A stretch of 63,855 nt of DNA, counting the filler, from Octopus bimaculoides (taxonomy: Eukaryota), in NCBI RefSeq assembly GCF_001194135.2. It is 4 parts of 4 records of this genome, joined end to end, with 100 filler letters (N's around TTAATTAATTAA, not from the genome) between each part and the next. Parts side by side here need not be neighbours in the genome. Positions count along the whole stretch, not along the records: positions 1 to 18,793 come from NC_069002.1; 3 more parts are not named here. One strand, given 5' to 3'. The notes beneath the pieces were generated by a model. The model was not told where the DNA came from, made no database searches, and was given only the letters and a program-made list of their open reading frames with translations. Position 1 is the stretch's first letter. Each line of letters starts with the position of its first letter. Made by a program: the position numbers and the translations under genes. Below are positions 1 through 11,990 of this stretch, in pieces.

Positions 1-209
1 ACATAAAAGACACCATTTCGAGCGTGGCCGTTTTCGTGCGGGTGACACGTAAAAGCACCCACTACACTCTCTGAGTGGTTGGCGTTAGGAAGGGCATCCA
101 GCTGTAGAAACTCTGCCAAATCAGACTGGAGCCTGGTGTTGCCATCCGGTTTCACCAGTCCTCAGTCAAATCGTCCAACCCATGCTAGCATGGAAAGCGG
201 ACGTTAAAC

Positions 210-240
<31 letters not shown>
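1..240 (+). mobile_element. 3' part of interspersed repeat ending in (GAT)n (family D)
   Basis: gtaaaagcaccc...ttggcgttaggaagggcatccagctgtagaaa...gttaaacgatgatgat. Related copies at about 57985-58190 (+) and 58730-59060 (-). Confidence 0.7.
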
Positions 241-242
<2 letters not shown>

Positions 243-345
243 ATATATATATATAGTTCAAATTTATAGAAAAACAAAAGATGAAGACTGGTGTGTGAAT
301 GACAAGCAAGTGTATTAGTTTGACGCTTGGGAAAAATGAAAAAGT

Positions 346-381
346 CTTTTGCGTTTCAAGCTTTTGCTCTTCAACAGAAAG
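346..381 (-). pseudogene. Decayed hammerhead motif at the 3' end of a Penelope-like element
   Basis: On the minus strand: cttt-CTGTTGA-a-GAGC-aaaa-GCTT-GAAA-CGC-A-aaag. Two core substitutions. Same strand as and downstream of the PLE ORF. Confidence 0.5.
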
Positions 382-1059
382 GAATAAGAGAAAATAAACA
401 CAGAGGGAGTGAAAAATATTTGTAGATTCCAGCAGTCCAGCATGGTGAATGTTTGGGAAAAAAAAAGAGGTTGAAAGAAAAGGAGACAATAATGAAGTGC
501 TAGTAATCCCAATAAGAGAAGGTGCACATACGTGTGTGTGTATGTGAGAATGGTGTGTGTGAGTGTGTAAGTGTGTTGTGTGTGTGAGTAGGGGCGAGTG
601 ACTCAGATGTGTGAATGTGTGCATGTATAACGTGTGTGTGTGCTGTGTGTAGCAGTTGTGCTTTTTCACATGGTGTGTACACATGTGTATGTGTCTGTGA
701 CCAAACAGTGTGCATGCATATGGTGTATATATGTGGGTGATAGTTATCTTTGTCTATGTATGTTGCATGTGTATGTATATATAGCCTGTGTTCAGGTATT
801 GTGTGCTTGTGTGGGTGTGGGAGTGTGCATGATGGTGTGTGGTGTATGTACTGAGTTATGGTGTATGTACTGATATGTGTGGTGATGCTATTGAAGATTG
901 TGTGTAGGTGTGTGGATGATGGTGTGGGTGCTGGGAAGTGGTCATTGCTAGTGTGTGTAGAGTGGTGTGGGTTTGGTATCAAATGAAGAGAGGAGGTGAG
1001 GTTGGTGTCAGATGAAGAGAGGAAGTGAGTTGAGCCCATATGGTGCAAAAGACCAAAGA

Positions 1060-2756
1060 GAGAAGATTAATTCCTGTTCACAGTGAAGCAGGAGTCTGGA
1101 TGGCCCCTGTGCAAAGACAGTCAGAACACAGACAGATGTTGTAGTGAATGACCAGTAGAATGGAAACTGTGTAAGACTGGGGTGTCATTGCCAAGTCTGA
1201 TGGTCAGCCAAGTGGCGTCCTATTTGACTGATGTACAGGGAAGGACAGAGAGAGCAGGAAATGCAGTAAATGATATTACGAGAAGTGAAGTTAAAGGAGT
1301 CGGTGATGTGATAGGGATGATGAAGGGTACCTGTGAGGATGGTGGTGTTGGAGAGGTAGCAACAGCATGGATGGGAGCAGGGGAACAAGCCAGGCTGGGA
1401 AGTAGGGTTAGGGAAGAAACTGTAGATCAGGCAATCACACAGGTTATGGAGCTCCTTTCAAGGAGTGAAGGGGTAGGTTGGGGAAGATATGTGAGGTGGA
1501 GGGGGCAGACTGGAATCACCAGAGGGCTTGGAGAATGGTGCGTTGGAGGGGCTGGATGGAGGGGTGGTAGGTGAGGAGAAATTGGAGATGGATAACAACA
1601 GGGCAGGTGCGAGGAGAAAGAGCAGAGGGAAGAAACTGTGGACCAGGAGGTCACAGAAGTTATGGGCTCATTTGAAGGGGGGAAGGGGTAGGTTGGGGAA
1701 GATATGCGAGGTGGAGGGGTTAGACTGGAATCACCAGAAGGCTTGGAGAATGGTACATTGGAGGGGCAGGGTGGAGGAGTGATAGGTGAGGGGAAACAGG
1801 AGATGGGCAACAGTGGGGTGGGTGTGAAGAGAAAAAGCAGAGGCACGGGCCACAGATTGTGTCCTAGCCAGGGCAGTGTGGATAGTGGTGAGGGAATATT
1901 CACGTAGGATGTAGTAGCAAGTTGTGAGTTTAGACTGATTCTCAAAGTCATGGTTGTCACTACAGAGCCTGCACAGACAGGGGAATTGGGAGTAGGGGAT
2001 GGAGAGGTTGGTGTGGGTAGGATGGGAGGAGGAGAAGTTAAGGTAGGAGTGTGATTTAGTGTGTTTGTAGTGGATGGAAATAGTGAGAGCGGAGTTGTGT
2101 TTTCTGACAGAAATGTCGAGAAATTTGATGGAAGAGTTAGAGATAGTGCAGGAGGGAAGGATTGGACAAAAGAGAAGAAGGAGTCTAGTTGTTTGCAGGA
2201 GAGTGAGGTTGCACCGATACAGTCATCGATATAATAACTGTATGGTTCAGGAGTAGGACCAGTGAACTGTGAGAATATTTGGGCCTCAGTGTAGCCAACA
2301 AATGGGTTTCCATAGTTGGTGCCCGTTCTCATTCCCATGGCCACTCCTGAGATCTGTTGGTAAAAATCCCCCACAAACGAGAAGCAGTTGAGGGAGAGAA
2401 CAAATTTGGCCAGATGAAGAAGTGTAGAGGTGTCAGGTTGAGGGTCAGGTCGAAGGTCCAGAAAGTGTTTCAGTGCAAGGAGTCCTTTGTTGTGTGAGAT
2501 CGCTGTTTATAAACTCTTGATATCAAGAATGAACAGAAATTTAGAGCAGCCAGAAGGAAAGGAGAAAGAGTTAAAGAGACAGAGAGCATCATTAGTGTCA
2601 TGGATGTAAGAGGGGAGGGTAGCAACTAGGGGGGCTAGGACACAGCCGAGATATTTGGTGATCATTTCCATGGGGCAGTTGCAGGCGGAGACGATGGGGT
2701 GACCAGGGTTGTTGGGCTTGTGAATTTTGGGAAGGAAGTAAATAGTGGGGGTGCAT
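1060..2756 (-). mobile_element. Penelope-like retroelement, decayed RT plus GIY-YIG, 5' truncated at (TA)n
   Basis: YFLPKIHKPNNPGHPIVSACNCP...LDIKSL (2507-2756), FYQQISGVAMG...YYIDDCIGAT (RT) and ITDSFNFTSRNIIYCISCSLCPSLYISQIGR (GIY-YIG, about 1200-1330). Frameshifts and internal deletion present. Confidence 0.9.
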
Positions 2757-2780
2757 GATATATATATATCTATATATCTA

Positions 2781-2827
<47 letters not shown>

Positions 2828-3341
2828 TGTATAGAGGTAACACACGAGTAAGTAGTTTATTTATGAAAAAGTAGAACGAAAATGCTACTTTCTTAAAATT
2901 GGGTACATTTTAATTTTCCTTTAAATAAATACATTAAGAGAAGAATGTTTTGGTTTTGTTTTACATGTTTCGGTTTTTGAAAAACCTTGTCAAAAATATG
3001 TACTAAAATGGAATATGTAGAGAGAAAAGAGCTATCAATAGAATTAACTTATAATTAAAATCAAGATTTACATTCATAGTTTACTTTCCTTTTTTCTGCA
3101 AGAGTATGTGGTAATTTCCGTTAGTTTCCATGGCATGACAAGTTGAACTGTCTGTGACTGCAAATTACTACTATCTGAGGGTTTTCTCCCCTATCAATAT
3201 AAAGAGACCATGTGCTTTTGTGGCTAAGGAGTCTACAATTCCTATTTCTAGCAATGCTGGTGCTCATTACACCCTTGTCACTCTTAGTGACAGTAACTTA
3301 TTTCCCAGTTGGTTTTAAATTGCTGCTAGCCACCTTGATTA

Positions 3342-3383
<42 letters not shown>

Positions 3384-3430
3384 AAGTTTTTAACTTTACA
3401 ACTTATGTCTCTTTACACTTCAACTCAAAG

Positions 3431-4290
3431 ATGACAGCACACTGGCTGGACCCCAAGACTCACATGAGACGACATGCTGTCCTGGCCTGCTCTTGGCTCA
3501 GAGGACATCACACCGTTGATGTTCTCACCCAGGACATGGTGAACATCCATTAAAAGTTCCATCTGCAAGGCAAGGTAACCAGGATCACGATGGATAATGG
3601 TAAAAACTTTGTTAAGGAATTTATGCAGTTTGGTATGGAAGTTGATCTCTTGCCAGACATTTCTGAGGCTGCTGCCAGTCTGGATGTGGAGGATGTCAAG
3701 GACATGAACCTGGATGTGGATCCTGAAGCTGGTGATGTGGATAAAGTTGAGTATTGAGTACATCTCTGTTGGTGCCATCTTTGATGAGTCAAGCAGCCTG
3801 GGCCTAAACCTGCCATTGCACATGAAGTGCACAGCCCATACCTTCAACTTGGTAACCAGTGTGGATGCCAACAAGGCTCTTGACAGGGCTTCATTCAAGT
3901 TAGCCGACAGGAAGGCCATGTCCGAAGCGCAGCAGCTGTGGTATCTGCAGGGCCGCAGCATGGTGGCAGCAGAGAGCATTCTGGACATGTTGAAGAGGAG
4001 GCTGGCGGTCCTCAACAGTCCCAGATGGAACCCTACCTATGACTCTGAATAGGGGAGCTGTCCACAGGGTGATGACACAGCCAAAGCTGCAGACTTTCAC
4101 TGATTATGATGTCGGCTTCCTGACAGAGTTCACCCAGGTGATGTCTAATGTTGCCAAGGCCTTGGATAAAATCCAGGGGGAGGACCAGGCTTATCTCAGG
4201 TGCCTTCTGCTAACTGTAATGGCTACCATCATGAAGTTGAAGGTGGCCAAGTTCAAACATCTGTATTGCAGTTATCTGGCAGACACGATA
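3431..4290 (+). mobile_element. hAT transposase fragment (pseudogenised)
   Basis: MTAHWLD...LAC...GHHTVDVL, ITMDNGKNFVKEF (first catalytic region DN), LPLHMKCTAHTFNLV (CxxH) and PRWNPTYD (TRWNS-like). Contains stops and frameshifts. Confidence 0.88.
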
Positions 4291-4861
4291 CTGATGTGTG
4301 TTTCAAGCGAGTGTAGACAAGCATATGCACATAGGCACATGTATGTGGGTGTGCATACGCGCATGTGTATGTATGGACATGCGCTCATGCGCGTTTGCCA
4401 TGAGCATATTTACACCTTTACTTTTTATTCTTATTGCTTATTGTTTACACTTTTTTACACTTTTTTTTGTATTTTGCCTTTAGCCCTGTTTTTTCTTGTG
4501 CATGTGCATATATAGACATGTGTGTGAATCTTTTTTGTGCATGTATGTGTGCAAGCATGTATGCGGGTATGTATATATTTTAATTTTTTTTGGCGAATGT
4601 GTGGGTGAGCATGTGTGTGTTTCAAGTGAGGGTGGATGAATATATACATATAGGCACATGTACGTGGGTGTGTGGGTGCGCAAGTGTATGTATGGACATG
4701 CTCACCTTTGCAATTACTATGAACATTTTTATTCCCTTACCTTCACTCCTTCCCCTTACTTAGCGGTCATTCTAATAGCTCTTTTGTCTTAATAATGGTC
4801 AATCACACAGTAATTTCCCTTTGTTTAACAGTCATTTTCATAGCATTTTTTTCGATGGCCC

Positions 4862-4922
4862 GATAGCTGAAGAGATGCCGCCATGGGTTTCTGCCCCAAC
4901 ATCTGAAACTCGCAGTCTTATC
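4862..4922 (+). ncRNA. Type I hammerhead ribozyme motif with GUC cleavage triplet
   Basis: Stem I gatag/ttatc, core CTGAAGA 4867-73, stem II GATG/CATC (one extra T before GAAA), GAAA 4905-08, stem III ACT-cgc-AGT, GTC at 4915-17. Confidence 0.7.
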
Positions 4923-5852
4923 ATGGCTACCGAATAATTGTCACATATTATATTTACATATGTATATATATATATATATNNNNNNNNNNNNNNNNNNNNN
5001 NNNNNNNNNNNNNNNNNNNNNNNNNNNNNNNNNNNNNNNNNNNNNNNNNNNNNNNNNNNNNNNNNNNNNTATATGGGAAGGTGCTGATAAGTTCCTGACT
5101 TTGGGTAAAAGAAAATGCAGGAGGGTCAGTGATGATGTTATTCAACATATTCCCCTCTCAGATTCAAACACTTATCGCAGCAGTCCTTCAGTTTTTCTAA
5201 CTTGGAAAGTTGAATCTCCAGCCAGGCTTTTGGCAATACCTTTAAAGCCAGGAACTTTTCAGCACTCTCTCATGTATGTATGTATACATATATATATATA
5301 TATATATATATAACTGACCTTTAAATAAGGAAAAAAAAAGAGAAACAGTAAAAGACTACTGTTTGAAATAGGCTGACCTGTAAAAAGGTCATTGCAATGG
5401 GCTAGGTCAGCCAATCTCAAATTGCAGTCCTTTTCTTTTTCTTTTTCTCTCTATCTAAAAGTTACCAACACCATATCTTTCCTGTTGCACTCTTGCATAC
5501 AACTAAAACTTCTTGCATACACTTAAGTATTAGGTTAATTACATATTATATCAACCTGTATTGAGTAATAAAATTCTATCCATCACCCAAACCACATTCC
5601 TTCACATACACACATATAAACCCTGGCGTTAATAATTTCTCTTGCATTCTGATGATTTTGATATTCAAAAGAATTACAACCCTGTTAAGCTCCATCCACA
5701 AACAAATGTCAGGCTAACAGTTTGCAATGGAGAGACAACCACTACCGTACTTCTTGTATCAGTCCAACTGGTAATCTAAAGCCTGAAAGAGATGGGCGTC
5801 TGTTAGAGGTTTGTGAAACCTTAAGTCACATGGAGCCAAATCAAACTGTTTT

Positions 5853-5910
<58 letters not shown>

Positions 5911-6424
5911 TACATACATACATACATACATACATACATACATACATTACACATATATACATATATACTGCGACTCTGGCTGGAGTGGTTACTGGTGATA
6001 GAAGGAAAACAGACAACCATTTTATCGGAAGACATGCTTCAGTTTTCTAAATTAACATACATAACATGATGTTGAGTATATATACATATATGCATATATA
6101 GTAGAAGCAATAGATACAGAAGATAGAGTATAGTGGAAACTTTATTTATCGCAGCGATTGTTTCAAAACTAATCAATGAATTACAGTGCGCCCCACAATG
6201 CAGAAGCATCTCTTCAGGTGATGCAACTCAGTTTCTTGTTGTTACATAAGTGATGTTTCGCTTCATGGATGATGCCAGGTAGCCATAAGCAATGAATGTG
6301 CTTTATCAGCATACTACAAGGGACATACCCAAAACACAGTTTAAATTTTAAATTTAAAGGCTGAACTTTAATTTCAACTTACATATATATTTGTGTGTGT
6401 GTGTGTGTGGAAAACAGAAGAACC

Positions 6425-6690
6425 AGATGACAAAGATGCCAAGAATATCAGTGTGGGAATATATCCCAAATAAGGTCATTCATGAAAAAGAGTGAAATGA
6501 GCAACGTGATTGAAGGATACCAAAAGTACAAGTTCCCTGGGAGCTGGACATGTCACAAGATTCATAACCAACAGATGGACCGGTGCAGTTGTCAAGTAGT
6601 ATTCAAGAGATGAAAAGAGACCACTTGGAAAACCCCCAAGACAATTGAAAAACAACATAGTCAGACAATTAGATATGATCTGTTCCATTC
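6425..6690 (+). mobile_element. RTE-clade LINE C-terminal fragment
   Basis: Frame reads (W)AGHVTRFITNRWTGAVVK*YSRDEKRPLGKPPRQLKNNI, typical of the RTE ORF end (WAGHVAR..NRWT...YPR..KRP.GRP). Confidence 0.7.
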
Positions 6691-6822
6691 CACATCTCTT
6701 TAATTAGAATTACTTATTGTTTAAACACTAAATATTTACAAAAATTATAGTTAATCTCTTGGGATTAATGCCGCATTCATTTTGACTCTGCCAGCCACTA
6801 ATATGGAATTGTATTTCACTGA

Positions 6823-8422
6823 TACCATAAAAACCCATGTAATTTGCACACCTGTGTAATTTATGCAGGTGATTTTTCAGGATAAAAATTGTTAAAAGAA
6901 GCTTCTACTCATGTAAAATTCACACCCAAAAGTTTTCAGAATAGTTGATATGGCCAGGGGAAAAAAAGGCTTTAAATTTAGTTGTATTTAGCATAATTTC
7001 ACTTACTTATGATTAGATTTTATTAAATTTTCATCAAATAAAAATAATTTCTGTTTAACAGGTATCACATTAAAGCTATTAAATTACAAAGTGTTTGTGT
7101 TGCCTATATAAATAAAATCAGTTTTGTGGGACTGACATGTGTCAGTGGGACTGACATGTGTCAGTCCATTTTACTTGCTTGGTATCCCCCCCCTTCTCCT
7201 CCCTTATGAGATTGACAATGTCAGCTTGCTTTAGCCACTCGGTATACCCTCCTCCTCCTCCTCCCTCGCCGTTAATGTTCCAATAATAAAAATAAATGAA
7301 AAATATGATGTTGATTGTGTGTGTGTGTTTGCATGTGTGTAACTGTATGAGATTGTGCGTTTAAGTGCATTTGTGTGTGTATGTGTAACTGTATGAGATC
7401 ATGTGTGTTTGTATGTGTACGTAACTGTATGAGACTCTGTGTGCCAGTGTGTGTGTACACGCACGTACATGCATGAGACTGTGTGTTTGTGTGTCTCCAC
7501 ATAACCAGAAATAATCAAAGTATTATTTTACAAATTGTGAGCATATATATATGATATAATGAAGGAAATTGTTGTATACAGTGCTCAGGTGTACTACAAC
7601 TAAAAAAAAAAAACCCATCAGGTGTACTGTTAGCGGATTTCAGGAAGCATGGAAGTTTTGAAGGATGTAGTGTCTCGACAGTTAACAACCGATGTGGGTA
7701 GTTTATTCCATGCTTCAGCAATTCTGAGCATGAAAAAATGTTTCCAAAAGTCATGGGTGTTGTGTTGTGTTTTGATTTTGTTAGCATGTCCACAAGTGTT
7801 TGTCGTATGGAATTCAAAAAGGTGCCCAAGGTTGTTGTTGGAAAGATGGTGGATAATCTTGTTTATAATGAACTTTATTTTACATTTCTTGCCCACAAGA
7901 GATTATGTCTGATCTTTAGCATACTGCTGTATGTCTTCTCAAACAACAATCACAAGAAAAGTTGTTGATAAGAATTATCAACAAAAACAAAGCTGATAAA
8001 TATGCACAGATGTTGCAAATTAAGTTTAATTACCAGTAAACATCAGCTTGGATGACACTTTACTCAACCGAGTAAAATATGGCCCGGACCATGATTACCA
8101 GCATAAACATCAGACTTTAAAAAGTAGTTAACCATTTAATGGTTTTAGTAAATTTATACAGAAAAGTAAATATTATACCATCCAACATAAATAAGTCAAC
8201 TTCATTATATTTAAGCCATTATGTTTTTTCTGTAAAAACCTATTCTGACATTAAATGAGTCAACTTCCTATACGAATGTTTACATTTTGTATGTCTTTTT
8301 TCAACAAAAAAAGTTTCTAAAAATATTCTGGAAACGATCTACTCATGTAATTTACAATCCCACTAAAGTTTAGTTTTTATTTTTGTGGAAAAAGTGCATA
8401 AATTACACGGGTTTTTACAGTA
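6823..8422. mobile_element. TA-flanked Tc1/mariner-type MITE carrying nested insertions
   Basis: Terminal inverted repeats taccataaaaacccatgtaatttgcac (6823) and gtgcataaattacacgggtttttacagta (ending 8422). A CR1 fragment and microsatellites lie inside. Confidence 0.55.
7515..7925 (-). mobile_element. CR1/L2-type LINE 3' fragment
   Basis: NTCGHANKIK...KHFFMLRIAEAWNKLPTSVVNC..SFK, the CR1-type ORF2 C-terminus. Homologous to 59890-60345. Confidence 0.8.
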
Positions 8423-8849
8423 ATTACATATATTTCACAACATATCTGTGAAGATATTTAGTTAAGTAAATGCTAATGTGGTAAGTATGATGACTCGAAA
8501 TACTCAGAGTATAAGCACAAGCATGACTGTGTAGTTCACTTCCCACTCATGAGGTTTTGGGTTCAGTCCTTCTGCATGGCACCTAAAAAGTCTTGTAAGT
8601 GGATTTGGTAGACAGAAATAGAAAAAAATCTTATATATATATACATACACACATTCCAATGTGAGGATATGTACTCATATAAGGTTGAAAACAACCTAGT
8701 TACACTGGTTATTATGCCTTATATATCTATGAGAAAATCTCATTGATTATAAATAGGTATATTAAAAATTTAGAATCTAAAAAGAAGAAAATGGAGAATA
8801 TATAGAGATAAAGTTACTTTATTAACATATAGTTAATAAAAATAAAAAT

Positions 8850-8940
8850 GCCTACAATTTGTTTCAATTTTACTCATTACAAATTTATAAATAAGATAAA
8901 ATTTGCATTTAAAATATAATGAGTAAAATCTCATCAGAGC
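8850..8940 (-). ncRNA. Type I hammerhead ribozyme motif with long stem II
   Basis: On the minus strand: gct-CTGATGA-GATTTTACTCATTA...TAATGAGTAAAATT-GAAA-CAAATTG-TA-ggc. 14-bp stem II and GTA triplet. Confidence 0.7.
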
Positions 8941-8994
8941 CAAATGTTGTTAAGCTGAGATTTTAAAAACAGACTAAAAACATGTAATCATTTG

Positions 8995-9087
8995 GCCCTG
9001 ATGAAGTTTTACTCATACAATATTCTAAATGCAAATTTAATTTTATCTATAAATTTGTAATGAGTAAAATTGAAACAAATTGTTCGC
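8995..9087 (+). ncRNA. Hammerhead motif, inverted copy of 8850-8940
   Basis: gcc-CTGATGA(8998-9004)-AGTTTTACTCAT...ATGAGTAAAATT-GAAA(9072-75)-CAAATTG-TT-cgc. Stem I is partly decayed. Confidence 0.55.
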
Positions 9088-9249
9088 ATTTTTATTAACT
9101 ATATGTTAATAAAGTAATTTTATATCTATATATTTTCTTGTTTTCACATTCTGTGTGTGTGAGTGTGTGTGTGTATGCGAGCATAACATTTTTATTTTAG
9201 TTGAGTCATTCTCTTATTACTCTGGTGTTTTGCCTGTGTGCTCACAGTC

Positions 9250-10640
9250 ATGAGGCAAGTTTCCTTTTACAATAGCTGAAATATTCTAGTATTCATAAAT
9301 CTTGGGGCTTTCATACATTTTTTTTTTGTCACTTAAAGCCACACAACATTTCTGTTTCAAACAATTTTTCACATGGTTTTCACCATAAGATTCATCTTAT
9401 GGATTAAACCATAAGATTCCTCTTATAGAAATCTTTCATTTATATACAACTTTGTATAGTTTCCTTTTACAATAGCAATGATATTTCCACTCAGCCCTCT
9501 ATTTGTTGGTTTCTTACAATTTTTTTATCCCTTAAAGCCAAGCAACTTTTTTTGTATCTAATATTTTTTCACGTGGTTTTCACTATAAGATTCTTCATAC
9601 TGAGTTCTTTCATTTATGTACAACTTTGGTATAGTTTCCTTTGACAATAACTGAGACAATTTGATTCAACCTCAAATTCGGAGCTTCTTATATTGTTTTG
9701 TCATTTAAAGCCATACAACTTTTTTCTAATCAAACAATTTTCCATGCAGTTTTTACCATAACATTTCTCTCATAGTGCACTTTCATTTACACTGAACTTT
9801 CGTTTAGTTTCCTTTTACAATAATCTTATGTTGAAAACAACGGGAAAAAAATATCTAAAAAAAATGGACGTGTGACTTTTAATGACTTTAAAATGGTAGC
9901 CCACAAAATCGAATTTTTTTGCAAAATATCTTAGATTTTGCAAAATAAAACTATACAAAAGTATATAAATGAAAGAGCTCTATAACAGGAATACGAAATT
10001 CAAAAAAAGTAGTGCAGCTCTAAGTAACAAAAACACAGTACAAACCCACCAAAATTGAGTTGGAATAAAATATCTCAGCTACTTAAAAGTACACTACACA
10101 AAATATGTTCAAATGAAATATTTCTATGAAAGGAATCTTATGTTGAAAACCTGTGAAAATTTGTTTGAAAAAGTGTTGTGTGGGACTAAATCTCAAAAAT
10201 TTTTTAAGTAACCCCCAAAATTTTATTTGAATCACAATATTTCAGCTACTGTAAAAGGAAAGTATACAAACAAAAGTTGTATATGAATGAAAGAGCAGGG
10301 CTGGTTCAAGATACTAGCAACTTCAGCAGTTGCCTGGGGCACCATGTGCTAGGGGTTGCTAAGGAGGGTGTGACAAAGACAAGGAAATTTCCATGACTGT
10401 CAGCTTGAACAGGCCAAAGTTCAGCTTGCCCAGGGTGCCAGCAACCCTAGGGCCAGCCCTGTGAAAGAGCTGTATGAGATGAACTCTATGGTGAAAACTA
10501 TGTGAAAAATTATTAGATACAAAACCAGTTGTGTTGCTGTAAGTGACAATAAAATGGTAAGTAACCCCCAAAATTGAGATTGTATCAAAATATCTCAGCT
10601 GTTGTAAAAGGAAGCTATACAGAAATGTATTCACATGAAA
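9250..10640. repeat. Foldback-like element: inverted arms built of tandem subunits of about 175-200 bp
   Basis: Motif gtttccttttacaata recurs at about 9258, 9459, 9633 and 9807. Reverse-complement versions (tgtaaaaggaa) occur at about 10250 and 10600. Confidence 0.55.
10296..10461. mobile_element. hAT-type MITE
   Basis: TIR cagggctgg/ccagccctg and 8-bp TSD tgaaagag at 10288-95 and 10462-69. Confidence 0.85.
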
Positions 10641-11811
10641 GAGATTGATGATAAATGCCACCTTTGTCCTTTCTTCCTTTCTAGTCAGCACTGAGCATTC
10701 CTTACTCTTTCCTTCTCTACTGGCAGACAGCCACTTCTTCACTATCAACTACCAACCAGCAAGTGAACTTGTCACTGCAACTACAATTACTGCTGTATCT
10801 CTAACTACATGTCAGGCAAACAAATAAATATATGTAAATAATGTTTCTTCCTTTTTGGTCTTGATTCTTTGATGTTTACTGGTTGCTCTGACACAAGAAC
10901 CAAAAACAAAAAAATGCATGTAATATGCAGCACAGACAGTAAACAAAAATATAATAGAACATTGTGGTGACATTTAGTAGAGATGACCTGGAAGTTGTTG
11001 CTCTTCGATTACTATCGCAAACAGCAGTAGCTTTCTTCAACTGAATTGATTGGTTGAAATTACCCAAATACAACAACTTTAACACAAAATGACTTCTAAA
11101 ATATGAAATTTTGTCCAAAATGTTGAAAGTAAACCGTGTTCAGCATGAGAAATTACACCAGTATACAAAGTTTCAAATTGTTTAGTTAAAAAAAAATAAT
11201 AAAAAAATTTGTGAGCGAAACTGAACAGATCCGGAGATTGTGCTGATAAATTTTCATATTTAGTTGTCAGTCGAAGAAAAGTTGCTTACAACATGGAGAA
11301 TATGGCCTCCTTGTTGGTTAGTAAAACATAGTTCTTGCTGTTGACATTGTACAGCACAGGTCTTCCTTGACTAAACCTATGGAATGCCTATGATCAAAGG
11401 CATTCCAACCATGATCATCCTGTCTTTATAGGGATATCCAGAACTACTTTATCCAGTGTATCCTTTGATTTTTAAGATGTTTTAGTATGCAATCTGAAAG
11501 TGATTTGAGTGCTATTTCTTGAGACTCCTTCATTGGTTCATAAAGCTTATTGTTGTTTAAACATACTGTGTACATTCCATCAAATGTCACTAGCATTCAG
11601 AAAAGACAATTTGTTATTCAAATATTTTGAATATATTATATCCAGAGTATGGCAACCTTTGCAAGGCCCATTATTCATGGAAGGGGATTTCAAATCTGAT
11701 TTTGACTTTTCACTTATATTTTATTCCCGTTTGCTGCTTTGTGGATTGACAACTTGGAAAACAAGGTCAAAACAGGAATATTATTTTTACACAAAGTACA
11801 GACATTGCTCA

Positions 11812-11990
11812 CAGGTTTGGCTGTGTGGTTAAGAAGTTTGCTTCCCAATCAAGTGATTTTAGGGGATCAGTCCCATTGCATGACACCTTGAGCATCTTCA
11901 GCAAATGTCTTCTTTTATAGTCCTGGGTTGACCAAAGCCTTGTGAGTAGATTTGGTAGACAGAAAATGAAAGAAGCCCATTGTATTGTGT
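11812..11990 (+). mobile_element. tRNA-derived SINE (family B)
   Basis: ggctgtgtggttaagaagtttgcttcccaa...gaccaaagccttgtgagtagatttggtagacagaaa. Related copies at about 8515, 43722, 49990, 52680, 52850 and 56975 (+), and 47135, 47630, 58200 and 59160 (-). Confidence 0.8.

Larger units (their letters stand above)
8790..9135. mobile_element. AT-rich inverted-repeat element with two divergent hammerheads
   Basis: Arms at about 8790-8946 and 8989-9135 are reverse complements around a spacer of about 42 nt. Confidence 0.65.

Noticed and set aside
5648-5680. CTGATGA-TTTTGA-tat-TCAAAA-GAAT hammerhead-like motif
   Set aside because: GAAT instead of GAAA and no convincing stem I or III. Likely chance.
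7125-7170. Duplicated palindromic gtgggactgacatgtgtca
   Set aside because: Only two short units inside a MITE, most likely local slippage.
11509-11832. 107-aa + ORF as a possible WDR34 or PDFR N-terminal exon
   Set aside because: No recognisable motifs or good splice pair.
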